Below, piece after piece: positions 14,518-26,990 of a stretch of 64,000 nt of DNA; within the stretch, counting starts at the first letter, position 1; each line of letters begins with the position of its first letter. This DNA is from Octopus vulgaris (Eukaryota), in contig OX597825.1 of NCBI GenBank assembly GCA_951406725.2, positions 72,106,001 to 72,170,000 on the forward strand, read 5' to 3'. The notes beneath the pieces are model-generated. The model did not search any database. It was not told where the DNA came from and worked only from the letters and a program-made list of their open reading frames with translations. The position numbers were made by a program, and so were the translations under genes.

Positions 14518-14940
14518 TTTCTTATTTCTTTACTGCCCACAAGGGACTACACACAGAGGGGTCAAACAAGGACAGACAAACGGATTAAGTCGATTATATC
14601 GACCCCAGTGTGTAACTGGTACTTATTTAATCGACCCCGAAAGGATGAAAAGCAAATTCGACCTCGGCGGAATTTGAACTCAGAACGTAACAGCAGACGA
14701 AATACCTATTTCTTTACAACCAACAAGGAGATAAACACAGAGAGGACAAACAGGGACAGACAAACGGATTAAGTCGATTATATATCGACCCCAGTTCGTA
14801 ACTGGTACTTATCTAATCGACCCCGAAAGGATAAAAGGCAAAGTCGACCTCGACGGAATTTGAACTCAGAGCGTAACGGCAGACGAAATACGGCTAAGCA
14901 TTTCGCCCGGCGTGCTAACGTTTCTGCCAGCTCGCCGCCT
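14518..14940 (-). mobile_element. Tandem pair of family B SINE units
   Basis: Two successive units flanked by the direct repeat ctgccaatacatttctt (14506-14523 and 14942-14958, TSD). Confidence 0.8.
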
Positions 14941-16089
14941 TCTGCCAATACATTTCTTGTTAAAGAATAATGTGTGTGTGTGTGTGTGCATGTGACAGAG
15001 AGAGAGAGAGGGAGAGAGAGAGTGAGTGTGTGTGTGCGTTTGTGTTTGCGCCTGCCTCTCCACCGTTGACAATCGGTATCGGTTTGTTTACACGTCTCCT
15101 TAACTTAGCGCTTCGATGAAAGATACTGACAGCATAAATACCAGACTTTAAAAATATAGATACCGGGTTTGATTTATTCGACTAAAAAATCCTCCAAGGT
15201 GGTGCCCCAGAATGGCTACAGTCCAAAAGACCGAAACAAATGAAAGGCGAAAGTATACAAACAAACAAACAAACAAACACACACACACATTTATGTACGT
15301 AGAAACACGTAAAAAGAATGACAAATTAATAAGAAGGATTTAAATGAGACTTTAAGATTTTATAGTAGTGAATATCACCATCACAAGACCCATATAAGAG
15401 TTACTTTTTAAAAAAACATCTACATTATTTTGTTGAACGTATCTCATTGTCTGAGCAGCTTTGACCTACATTAACTAAGTTTAAGTCAAAAGTTTCCTTA
15501 TCAGACAGAAAAGGCAGGCATATATTTTGGACGCGTGATTTTTATTTGATTAATTTTTACGCAGATGCTTGGCATCGTATCAGATTAACAGCTATTGATA
15601 TTATCATCGTCATCGTTGTCACCATCGTCAATGTAATCGTCGTAGCCGTCGTCGTTGCAATCGTCATCGTAATCGGTAATATATTTTTGTGTAAAACCTA
15701 TACGTGGTCACTTGTATTCCCAGAAATAGCAGCCAAATCTCTTTTATCTCGTACCCTGCCGCTTCTCTTGCTTTATCTCTCTATCTATCTATCTCAAAAA
15801 ATAAGAAGAGAAAAAACAAGGAGAAGATACATTACGGCAAAATAAAGACAGCCTGATCACAGGAAGATTACCATTGAACCTTCCGGCTGTGAGCACATGG
15901 ATATAAATTGGTGGATCCTCCACCAATCATGTTCATTATAAGAGAGGAGGGTCTTCTTTGCCGCTAAAATTACACCAATGTCTGAGCAAAGGATATTGAC
16001 AAACTTACGGGCACAAATCAGAGCCGTATTAAGCATACGTACATAAACACACACACATATGTGTGTGTGTGTCTGTATGCATGTATATA

Positions 16090-16263
<174 letters not shown>

Positions 16264-16368
16264 TAAATTAGAGATAAAACCACTATTAGGCAAATCAAAC
16301 AGTGAAAAACATAAGCCAATACATAAAAATATTTAAATAATTTAAACTTATAAATTTTATATATATAT

Positions 16369-16438
<70 letters not shown>

Positions 16439-16530
16439 ATTTTTATATTTATATATTATTTTATTAATTAATTAATTAATTTTTTTAAATATATATCAAA
16501 AGTATTAAAAGTTTAATAAAAGATAAAGAG

Positions 16531-16577
<47 letters not shown>

Positions 16578-16663
16578 TTCGAGACAAAACCACTATTTTG
16601 CAAATTATACAAGGAAAGACTTAATCAATACATAAAAAAATTTAATATAAAGTAAATAAACCG

Positions 16664-16707
16664 CCACTACAATTGTTTCATGTCTTCAAATGACATTCGT
16701 CAGGTGG
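16664..16707 (-). ncRNA. Minimal type I hammerhead ribozyme
   Basis: ccac-CTGACGA-atgtc/atttgaa/gacat-GAAA-c-aatt-g-TA-gtgg: full core, palindromic stem III, GUA cleavage site. Confidence 0.85.
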
Positions 16708-16772
16708 ATTTCCGATCTTCTAATCAGTTTTAATTTAATTCATAAATTAAAACTGATTAGAAGATCGGAAAT

Positions 16773-16816
16773 CCACCTGACGAATGTCATTTGAAGACAT
16801 GAAACAATTGTAGTAG
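16773..16816 (+). ncRNA. Minimal type I hammerhead ribozyme (one stem I mismatch)
   Basis: Inverted copy of 16664-16707 with gtag in place of gtgg. Confidence 0.75.
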
Positions 16817-16990
16817 CGGTTTATTTACTTTATATTAAAATTTTTTATGTATTGATTAAGTCTTTCCTTGTTTGATTTGCAAAATAGTGGTTTTGTCTCG
16901 AATTAATATTATATAATATTTTACTATAAAATTGGATTTAATCCTAAATCTGATTTTTTTCCCTGTAAATTTGGATTTATTCCCTAATAT

Positions 16991-17077
<87 letters not shown>

Positions 17078-17568
17078 AAAACATGCCAACAAAAATCTAC
17101 TCAAGAGGAAACTTTCATGAGTTGTATACGATCTGAAAATAAAGCAAACACACAATGTTGGCAATTTGTAAAATGTTTTCGTTATTGTTTTGTGATTAAG
17201 CTTTTAGTGTATTCATTTATGTATAACTTCTCCAAATCCTTGGCTCGCTATGCATTTGCAATAAACAGCTATCCTAAAATGACACAATATATGACTACGA
17301 CAAAACTAGACAGAAACTTGTCACTACTATTTATATTTCATTCAGAAGATAAAACTAATATCTCAAAGATTCAATGAACGAAAGCTCATGACCCTTCGAA
17401 ACTTAACACAAAATGACAAAATACACCGAAAAATTGAGCTATTAGAATATATAAGCTATTTGAAATGAAAAATACAGACTTCTACACGCTCATTCACAGC
17501 TGAGTTTCGATGCATGTATAAAAATTAAATATATATCATAACAAAAAAGTTATTTTCGTTGATTTTAT

Positions 17569-18510
17569 TCATGTAGTGCATAAGTTAGTTGGTACAAATA
17601 TCTTGTGTATGAGTGTCTCATTCTGCTTTAATTCCTCTTTATAATGTGTTTCGTTGTGCTTTGTTCGAAACACAAAGGGATGTAGATGATATAGTTTACT
17701 GCAGGGTATCGTCATACGAAACATAGTAGGTAGAACCCATTCCATTCTATGACTATATGACGAAGACTGGCAATTCTTTATTGCGGATTCACCAACAAAT
17801 TTATCTATCGCACAGGGGGTAGGTAATTTGATTGACTGAAACTTCCTGTCATAAAGTGGGAATATTATAGACTTTTTATAATACCGCGTACGATGTGGGG
17901 GCAGTTCGTCCCATATATGAGTTGCGTTTTCTTCAAAGTAAAATATATCTATATAAGGCCATCTGAATGGTTTCTGTTTTAATGTCTTTAGATTTTTATA
18001 AAAAAATTTCCACTGATAATTATTCGGAGAATAAAGACCGTAATTTGGTATTGAACTTAAAATCCCTTTGGTTTTTGTCTTTTCTGTTTTGTTTATCCAG
18101 ACGTCAATATCATCATCCCATGGTATAAAACCATGATGCCGTCTAGACCCAATAGCTGTACCACCGCATAGCATATGTGTGATATTGGCACTTGAAAGCG
18201 CTCTTGAAAATAGTGAAACCGTTCGTAAAAACATTTCCATTTCCACTGAATTTAGGCCTGTCGGATAAACTTGCAGTAGCTTTTCATCTTTATTGGTGGA
18301 AAACTTTTTCGGGTAATGTATGACAGCACGAATCTTACTGAGATCTGGTTGCTTCCAAAGTACTACTTTATTCTTGATTTTAACTGACATGCTATGCAAC
18401 CATTCTTTAGGAATAAATGTTGGTTGCCGATGAGGGAATAGTATTATAATTACGGCTATAAATATCAACAGTATGCATGGTAAAAAACGACGACATTTAT
18501 TTAGAGCCAT
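17569..18510 (-). CDS. LicD/fukutin-family nucleotidyltransferase, paralog 1 (313 aa, predicted type II membrane protein)
   Basis: Intact ORF with N-terminal signal anchor RRFLPCILLIFIAVIIILF, LicD motif GGTAIGSRRHHGFIPWDDDIDV and third acidic motif WPYIDIF. Confidence 0.9.
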   Translation of the reverse strand: MALNKCRRFLPCILLIFIAVIIILFPHRQPTFIPKEWLHSMSVKIKNKVVLWKQPDLSKIRAVIHYPKKFSTNKDEKLLQVYPTGLNSVEMEMFLRTVSLFSRALSSANITHMLCGGTAIGSRRHHGFIPWDDDIDVWINKTEKTKTKGILSSIPNYGLYSPNNYQWKFFYKNLKTLKQKPFRWPYIDIFYFEENATHIWDELPPHRTRYYKKSIIFPLYDRKFQSIKLPTPCAIDKFVGESAIKNCQSSSYSHRMEWVLPTMFRMTIPCSKLYHLHPFVFRTKHNETHYKEELKQNETLIHKIFVPTNLCTT

Positions 18511-18797
18511 ATCAATTTTTTCGTTTCAACACTTTCTTTCAAGCCTATTACAATATAGATTTCTCCATAAAAGGAAAACAGCCGATCAATATTGAACCTT
18601 TATTTTCCGAGTCATGTTTAGAAACTATAAACATTTGTGTGCTAACTTTCAGGTCGTTCCACGAGTAATATGATTCATAATGTTTAATTACTTTCGTTAG
18701 AAACCTTGTTGAACAGATCGAAGATGCAATTTTCCATATTAAACGATTAACAGCGAGATTGTAACGTTAAAATGTTTCTTATCGGTCATTTACATAT

Positions 18798-18824
18798 CTG
18801 AAACAATAAATGGAAAGAGAAATT
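18798..18824 (-). promoter_or_regulatory. Putative 3' splice acceptor upstream of LicD paralog 1
   Basis: Minus strand reads tttctctttccatttattgtttcAG|atatgtaaatg, about 290 nt upstream of the ATG and conserved in all three copies. Confidence 0.6.
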
Positions 18825-19104
18825 ATATGACATTTGTTGAAGAAGGATAATATTAAAAAATTAACAATATTATATATTTTATTTAATGTTTGGAGCTAAT
18901 TAAATAGATTTTACTAATAGATGATTGTCGTGTTATCCAATCCTATCAACTCCAGTAATTATGGTAATCCTGGTACTTACTCTGTTGCACTCTTTTGCCA
19001 AAGTACTAAGTTAAGAGGATGCAAAAAGCCACCATCGTTTGTTAAGCGGTAGTAGGACAACAAACAGACACACATGCACACATGCACACACCCACGAATC
19101 TACC

Positions 19105-19150
<46 letters not shown>

Positions 19151-19151
<1 letters not shown>

Positions 19152-19591
19152 TAGCAGCATAGCCCGGCACTGCCCGGGTATGTAAAAGCCCCTAGTAGGC
19201 AATGACTAATCCCAATCTAGTCCTTTCCCTCTAGGGAACGAAGGCGCATGTGTAGGTTGCAATGTCTTCTCTTCACTCCCAAATAACTATTAAACAGCTA
19301 TCGATAATTCAACCCAACCAATTCCTACCAGGAAGAAATTACATTCGAGACTTTACCCCCAACACCGCCACTTCTGCTAATAGCTGCTGCAGCCGCAAGT
19401 TATTCGAATACTTTTTCAGAACTGGGGGAACTTTTCAAAATTTTCACTGCGTTAGTTTTGAATTATGACATTGGGCTATGTGTGTGTCAATTTTCATCAG
19501 AATCGGTTGAAAGCCGTGGTCAGGGTGAGGGTACAACCTGACAGACACACAGACACACAGACAGACAAACTGCCGTTTATATATAGAGAGA
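19151..19591 (-). mobile_element. Non-autonomous Helitron
   Basis: TC...cccgggcagtgccggg hairpin...CTAG within (TA)n; absent from the paralogous site near 25750. Confidence 0.7.
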
Positions 19592-20127
19592 TATATATAA
19601 TACTTCAAGAATAACTATTGTTTCTTTCAAAGAGACAAAGAACGAATAGGGCTGCAAAAAAAAAGTGCTCATATGAATGAGGCAAGGATAATTAAACATG
19701 GGTCATCGAACAAACATTAAAATGAATTAACGACGGTCTCAAACCTCCGACATACATTATATATAAGTAAATATTACCAAGGCTTTCATAATATATAAAT
19801 CAAAATATAAAATGTATAAGACAGACAAATACAGAAAACCACCAGCATAAAAATATACATATATGCGGAAAAAAAACACGTATAGAAACGTCCCATCAAA
19901 AAACGACTAAAAATTTATAAAATACTTTATAAGACTAAAAATATTGAGAAAGCGGGTAAACAAATAAAGAATAAATCGACTAAAAAGTTATATTTACTTC
20001 ACTCACACCAAAAGGTAATAATCTATGAATGAAAAAAACCATGCGTAATTTTTTCCAAATCAAAAATTACGTCCATACAGAATATAATAGTTCAAGAGTA
20101 AGGCTCCACCAATTAAAACTAGACACG

Positions 20128-20213
20128 TCATCTATAGCCATTTCGGGAGCATATCACCATAGTTAGATTGCTATTGATGCATATCACAGCAAAGGCCCCC
20201 CTTATCAGGATGA
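20128..20213 (-). ncRNA. Type I hammerhead in the Naiad-like 3' UTR with a core mutation (CUGAUAA)
   Basis: tcatc-CTGATAA-ggggg...ctccc-GAAA-t-ggct-a-TA-gatga. Confidence 0.7.
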
Positions 20214-20246
20214 AAAGATAGATAGGGTACATATACAAGGCCAGGA

Positions 20247-20481
20247 AAGGCGGTGAGCTGGTAGAAACGTTAGCATGCCGGGCAATATGCTTAGCGGTAT
20301 TTAGTCTGTCGTTACGTTCTGAGTTCAAATTCCACCGAGGTCGACTTTGAATTTTATCCCTTTCGGGGTCGATAAATAAAGTACCAGTTTCGCACTGGGG
20401 TCGATATAATCGACTTAATCCCTTTGTCTGCCCTTGTTTGTCCCCTCTGTGTTTAGCCCTTTGTGGGCAGTACAGAAATAT
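20247..20481 (+). mobile_element. Full-length SINE family B with 16 bp TSD
   Basis: TSD atatacaaggccagga at 20231-20246 and 20482-20497. Confidence 0.9.
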
Positions 20482-21527
20482 ATATACAAGGCCAGGATAA
20501 CCTTATCGTACCGGAAGCCTACTTTACATGCTTAAAGATAAAAAAAACAAAGACGTTGACTATTTCTAAAGCTAAATACGCCGGGTTCAATTCCATGTAA
20601 TGCCAAACTTCATTTTTTACTACATCTATTTTTATTTCGATACGCCCTCAAAAAAGTGGAAGAGAATTTGAGATTGCAAAAGGGGATCAATTCAGCAAAT
20701 TTATTTAACGTTTTGGACCTGAAGGACCTAAGGATAGCAAGGGATTCCTTCACACATGGTTTACATTTATTAATATTAGCCTTAAAGTTTGGGGCCCTTG
20801 AAATAAGGGACCATTCCAAGGAGTGTCTTTTATTATCCCTCTTTAGAAGATGTATGTAAAATGCCAGCATCGTGAAGTTACGGTATCTTTCATTAGAAAA
20901 CAAACTCATGTGGGTCCTATACATTGTGTTAAAATTTATTGTACCACCTGTATGACACTTATCCGAACCATTCTCCTCTTTAACCACACATTTACATACT
21001 ACGTTAGTCGTGAGACAAATCCCCTTAAGGGGACATAAGTCAAGGTCCCTACAAGTTCAGGTTTTACTAGATCCATCCTTAGCCCTATTATTAATGCTTA
21101 CAGTATCTAATTGGCTTTCAGCATTTCTTCCTTCATATATTTCACTACCGGGTGTGTTAAAGTTAACCTGCGTGTTAGAGCTAACCTGCTCTATATCAGA
21201 GGAATATTTCTCGCGCCACTGTCCAATTAATTTGTTCTTATTAATGGACGCAATAGTAGAGGCTAAGCTAGGCATTGCCGAATAGGAGAACTTAATAGAA
21301 GACTTATTACAGATACTATAATATTTATGATTATTTGTGAAATTCTCCTTCAGAATCCTAAAGAACATCTTGGGTAAATTTCTAACCCAAAATGAAAAAG
21401 GAGGGGTAAACCATAAAACCTCCCGTATTCTACACCACGAGTTCTTGGTTTTTACCATTTCTTCACTGCCACTATCTAAATTCCGATATCTGTTCCCATA
21501 TATATACATATATATATATATATATAA

Positions 21528-22590
21528 ACTTAGATATGTTTCGACCAAAGATTGGTCCAGGCCATGTCTAACTTAATAGCACCACCTGGTACGATTATTC
21601 GAATCCTGTTTAAGTCAAGTTTTGTTTATGGTCCACTCAAGTAGTGAGTTTTTGTTGGGTGAGTTGTATCCAATAATGGGTGGCTTATCTGGTATTCTTT
21701 GAAGGAATCTATCCAGACTCCGTTTAAGGTTGATGGGATCCTTTTCCTCTTTGATCTCTTTCGGGACAATGTTAAATAGGGCAGGGCCTGTTGAGGAAAA
21801 GAAATTATGTTGCAGTGTACATGTATGCTGTGATCTTGAATTGGGCAGGGGACGTATGGCCCGTGTTCCCAGTCTTGGATGAACCTTGAAGCTAATGTTC
21901 AGGTCGTTTGGGCAAAGTTGACGGTATATTCTCCACATCGTACAAATGATATACCGCTCACGGCGACGCTGGAGAGAGTAGAGTTTCAAGGCTTTAAGGC
22001 GATCCCAATAATCGAGAGCAGCCATGTCTTCAATTCGTTTAGTGAGTGCCCTCTGGGGTGATTCAATCCTCGAGATGTTTTGTCTTGTATGGGGAGACCA
22101 CAGTGGGTAGCAGTATTCGAGGTGCGGCCGTACAAAGGAGAAAAGTGGAAGTGGTATGATGACACCTTGTTCTCTGGACCGGAAAGTTCGTAAGTTCCAG
22201 GAACTCATCCTACGAGCTATATCGACCTTCTTGTTGATGTGTGCACTCCAACTGAGATCGTTATCAACAATTACACCCAGGTCGCTGATATTGTTAGAGG
22301 CTGTGCGCGGTTCCCTTGAAGGAAGAGCGTATGGCTGTTTTAGTGAGGAATTTCTTCCAAAATGCATCAGCTCAAATTTTCCCTCGTTCAGTTGCATTTT
22401 GTTTCTGTCTGCTCATTGACTCACAGCATATAGATCAGACTGGAGTTGAGTTCGGTCTGCTTCTTCATTGACGATGTGCTGGAGCTTAGTGTCATCGGCA
22501 AATGTTTTCACTTTGCAGTAATGTACGACACTGGAAAGGTCGTTTATGTAAATTACGAAGAGTAGCGGACCCAAGACAGTCCCCTGGGGG
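21528..22590 (-). mobile_element. 5'-truncated CR1/Jockey-like LINE inserted into the PLE
   Basis: [42 protein letters not shown]; absent from the paralogous (TA)n at 26188-26245. Confidence 0.9.
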
Positions 22591-22662
22591 ATATATATAT
22601 ACATATATACGTATATATATATATATATATACATATATATATACATATATACTTATATATAT

Positions 22663-22724
<62 letters not shown>

Positions 22725-22802
22725 TTCGCCTTAAATGGTCATTTTACATACTGAATACTTGGTGAAATTGATTAATAACTAATTAATTTTACCCTCAATT
22801 GT

Positions 22803-22865
<63 letters not shown>

Positions 22866-23671
22866 GTATATGCCTAGTCTAAGGCTTAACTTGATTGCGG
22901 TCAGATAATGCACTGCAATTCTCCAGGCTAATCGCGACATGGTCAGGTGGTACACCAGCCAATTTATTTTTAAAACTCGTGTTGGGCATATAATATATCT
23001 TCTTCTTAAAGCCGCTTTATTTAAGGGAATTGTTATACACAGGCGCATGTAGATCAACTATCTCTCCATTAGCAGACAGACTGGAGATTCTGATCGAGAT
23101 AACGTGACAATACCATTAATAGTGGATTTCGGATAATTGGAGGAGGTATTGATGTAAAAGATGGAGCTATTAGGCTTCCGAAATGGATAGTACAACCCCG
23201 TATCCAAGTTTAAAGAAACATCCAAGAAATTAACCACTCTGGTGTTGACGTAAAAAACAATATTAAGATTAAAGAAACCCTTTAGGAAACCTCTCAGAGA
23301 TTTCCTTAATCTATTAAGCGCAGAGTTGGACTGACCACGCACAACTAGAAGGGCATCATCACTATATAACACCCCACCTCCAGACAGAAGGGGAAAGCTA
23401 TCATGATCTGTGACATGAGGTATAGGCCTAACAAATCCGCCACGAGCCCAGAATCGGATGATCCCGTAGTGATATGAAATAAATCGGTGGCGTCCAGCGT
23501 CCGCCAATCATGTTCATTGTAAGAAATGGGGGTCTTCTTTGCCGATACAATTACGCCAATGTCTGAGCAAGGGATATTGACAAACTTACGGGCACAAATC
23601 AAGGCCTTATTTATCATACATACACACACACAAACACATATGTGTGTGTCTGTCAGTCTATCTGTCTGCAC

Positions 23672-23716
<45 letters not shown>

Positions 23717-24207
23717 AAAACATGCCAACAAAAATCTACTCAAGAGGAAACTTTCATGAGTTGTATACGATCTGAAAATAAAGCAAACACACAATGTTGG
23801 CAATTTGTATAATGTTTTCGTTATTGTTTTGTAATTAAGCTTTTAGTGTATTGATTTATGTATAACTTCTCCAAATCCTTGGCTCGCTATGCATTTGCAA
23901 TAAACAGCTATCATAAAATGACACAATATATGACTACGACAAAACTAGACAGAAACTTGTCACTACTATTTATATTTCATTCAGAAGATAAAACTAATAT
24001 CTCAAAGATTCAATGAACGAAAGCTCATGACCCTTCGAAACTTAACACAAAATGACAAAATACACCGAAAAATTGAGCTATTAGAATATATAAGCTATTT
24101 GAAATGAAAAATACAGACTTCTACACGCTCATTCACAGCTGAGTTTCGATGCATGTATAAAAATTAAATATATATCACAACAAAACAGTCATTTTCGTTG
24201 ATTTTAT

Positions 24208-25149
24208 TCATGTAGCGCATAAGTTAGTTGGTACAAATATTTTGTGTATGAGTGTCTCATTCTGCTTTAATTCCTCTTTATAATGTGTTTCGTTGTGCTT
24301 TGTTCGAAACACAAAGGGATGTAGATGATACAGTTTACTGCAGGGTACCTTCATATGAAATTTAGCAGGTACAGACCCTTCCATTCTATGACTATATGAC
24401 GAAGACTGGCAATTCTTTATTGCGGATTCACCAACAAATTTATCTATCGCACAGGGGGTAGGTAATTTGATTGACTGAAACTTCCTGTCATAAAGTGGGA
24501 ATATTATAGACTTTTTATGATACCGCGTACGATGTGGAGGCAGTTCGTCCCAGATATGAGTTGCGTTTTCTTCAAAGTAAAATATATCTATATAAGGCCA
24601 TCTGAATGGTTTCTGTTTTAAAGTCTTTAAATTTTTATAAAAAAATTTCCACTGATGATTATTCGGAGAATAAAGACCGAATTTAGGTATTGAACGTAAT
24701 ATCCCTTTAGATTTTTTCTTTTCTGTTTTGTTTATCCAGACGTCAATATCATCATCCCATGGTATAAAACCATGATGCCGTCTAGACCCAATAGCTGTAC
24801 CACCGTATACCATATGTGTGATATTGGCACTTGAAAGCGCTCTTGAAAATAGTGAAACTGTTCGTAAAAACATTTCCATTTCCACTGAATTTAAGTCTGT
24901 CCGATAAATTTGAAATAGCTTTTCATCTTTATTGGTGGAAAACTTTTTCGGGTAATGTATGCCAGCACGAATCTTACTGAGATCTGGTTGCTTCCAAAGT
25001 ATTACTTTATTCTTGATTTTAACTGACATACTATACAACCATTCTTTAGGAATAAATGTTGGTTGCCGATAAGGGAATAGTATTATAATAACGGCTATAA
25101 ATATCAACAGTATGCATGGTAAAAAACGACGACATTTATTTAGAGCCAT
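24208..25149 (-). CDS. LicD/fukutin-family nucleotidyltransferase, paralog 2 (313 aa)
   Basis: Intact ORF with the same motifs, roughly 90% identical to paralog 1 by eye. Confidence 0.9.
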   Translation of the reverse strand: MALNKCRRFLPCILLIFIAVIIILFPYRQPTFIPKEWLYSMSVKIKNKVILWKQPDLSKIRAGIHYPKKFSTNKDEKLFQIYRTDLNSVEMEMFLRTVSLFSRALSSANITHMVYGGTAIGSRRHHGFIPWDDDIDVWINKTEKKKSKGILRSIPKFGLYSPNNHQWKFFYKNLKTLKQKPFRWPYIDIFYFEENATHIWDELPPHRTRYHKKSIIFPLYDRKFQSIKLPTPCAIDKFVGESAIKNCQSSSYSHRMEGSVPAKFHMKVPCSKLYHLHPFVFRTKHNETHYKEELKQNETLIHKIFVPTNLCAT

Positions 25150-25435
25150 ATCAATTTTTGGTTTGAACTTTTTCGTTCAAGCCTTTTACAAAATAGATTT
25201 CTCCATAAAAGGAAAACAGCCGATCAATATTGAACCTTTATTTTTCGAGTCATGTTTAGAAACTATAAACATTTGTGTGCTAACTTTCAGGTCGTTCCAC
25301 GAGTAATATGATTCATAATGTTTAATTACTTTCGTTAGAAACCTTGTTGAACAGATCGAAGATGCAATTTTCCATATTAAATGATTAACAGCGAGATTGT
25401 AACGTTAAAATGTTTCTTATCGGTCATTTACATAT

Positions 25436-25462
25436 CTGAAACAATAAATGGAAGAAACAATT
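25436..25462 (-). promoter_or_regulatory. Putative splice acceptor upstream of LicD paralog 2
   Basis: Minus strand reads ttgtttcttccatttattgtttcAG. Confidence 0.6.
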
Positions 25463-25759
25463 ATATGACATTTGTTGAAGAAGGATAACATTAACGAATT
25501 AACAATATTTTACATTTTATTTAGTTAATGTTTGGAGCTAATTAAATAGATTTTACTAATAGATGATTGTCGTGTTATCCGATCCTATCAACTCCAGTAA
25601 TTATGTTAAGCCTGGTACTTATTCTGTTGGACTCTTTTGCCAAAGTGCTAAGTTAAGATGATGCAAAAAGTCACCATCGTTTGTCAAGCGGTAGTAGAAA
25701 ACAGACAGGCACACATGCACAAATGCGCACCCCAACGAATCTAGCCTCATATATATATA

Positions 25760-26184
25760 TATACGTCAAGAATAACTATTGTTTTTCAAAAGAGACAAAG
25801 AACAAATAGGGCTGCAAAAAAGAAGTGCTCAAATGAATGAGGGAAGGATAATTCAACATAGGTCATCGAACACACATTAAAATGAATTAACGACGGTCTC
25901 AGACCTCCGACATACATTATATATAAGTAAATATTAGCATAGTAGAGGCCAAGCTAGGCATTGCCGAATAGGAGAACTTAATAGAAGACTTATTACAGAT
26001 ACTATAATATTTATGATCCTTTGTGAAATTCTCCTTCAGAATCCTAAAGAACATCTTGAGTAAATTTCTAAACCTAAGGGAAAAAGGATAGGTAAACTAT
26101 AAAATCTCGCGTATTCTAGACGGCGGGTTCTTTGTTTTTATCATTCCTTCACTGCTACTATCTGAATTCCGATATCTGTTCCGA

Positions 26185-26248
<64 letters not shown>

Positions 26249-26990
26249 TAGTCGAAGCTTTAACTTGATGGCAGTCAGATAACGCACTGCGATTCTCCCG
26301 GCTAATCGCGACATGGTCAGGTGGTAGACCAGGCAATTTTTTTTTTAACTCGTGTTGGGCATATAATATATCTTCTTCTTAAAGCCGCTTTATCTAAGAG
26401 AATTGTTATACACCGGCGCATGTAGATCAACTATCTCTCCATTAGCAGACAGACTGGAGATTCTGATCGAGATAGCGTGACAATACTATCAATAGTGGAT
26501 TTTGGATAATTGGAGGAGGTATTGATGTAAAAGATTGAGCTATTAGGCTTCCAAAATGGATGATACAACCCCCTATCCAAATATAAAGTGACATCCCAGA
26601 AATAAACCACTCTGGTGTTGACATCAAAAACAATATCAAAATTAAAGAAATCCTTTAGGAAGCCTCTCAGAGATTTCATTAATCTATTAAGCGCAGATTT
26701 GGACTGGCCACACACACCTAGAAGGGCATCATCCCTATATAACACCCCACCCCAGCCCAAAGGGGAAGGAATCCTTGAGCTGTGACATGAGGCATAGGGC
26801 AACTATATCCGTCACCTGCGCAGAATCAGATGATCCCGTAGTGATATGAAATAAATCGGTGGCGTCCATCCTCCGCCAATCATGTTCATTGTAAGAGATG
26901 AGGATCTTCCTTGCCGCTAAAATTACGCCAATGTCTGAGCAAGAGATATTGACAAACTTACGGCCACAAATCAAGACCTTATTTATCATA
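25760..26990 (-). mobile_element. Paralogous, internally deleted copy of the Naiad-like PLE
   Basis: LYRDDAL RT motif; a junction near 25937 fuses the equivalent of 19776 to the equivalent of 21254. Confidence 0.85.

Larger units (their letters stand above)
16568..16912. repeat. ~170 bp-arm foldback of a PLE-type terminus carrying two hammerheads
   Basis: 16568-16738 is the reverse complement of 16743-16912; flanked by (TA)n. Confidence 0.9.
19600..23620 (-). mobile_element. 5'-truncated, interrupted Naiad-like Penelope element (RT, linker, GIY-YIG, 3' UTR)
   Basis: RT: ITTGSSDSG..ADLLGLY, LYSDDAL, VVNFLDVSLNL, FRKPN..YINTSSNYP. Linker: VLWFTPPFS, IKFSYSAM. Then *TCRDLDLCPLKGICL and an endonuclease with CKPCVKE and LNKFAEL. 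Confidence 0.85.

Noticed and set aside
17117-17377. Repeated 86 aa plus-strand ORF downstream of LicD
   Set aside because: Antisense to the duplicated 3' flank; its recurrence reflects the duplication and it is disrupted in copy 2
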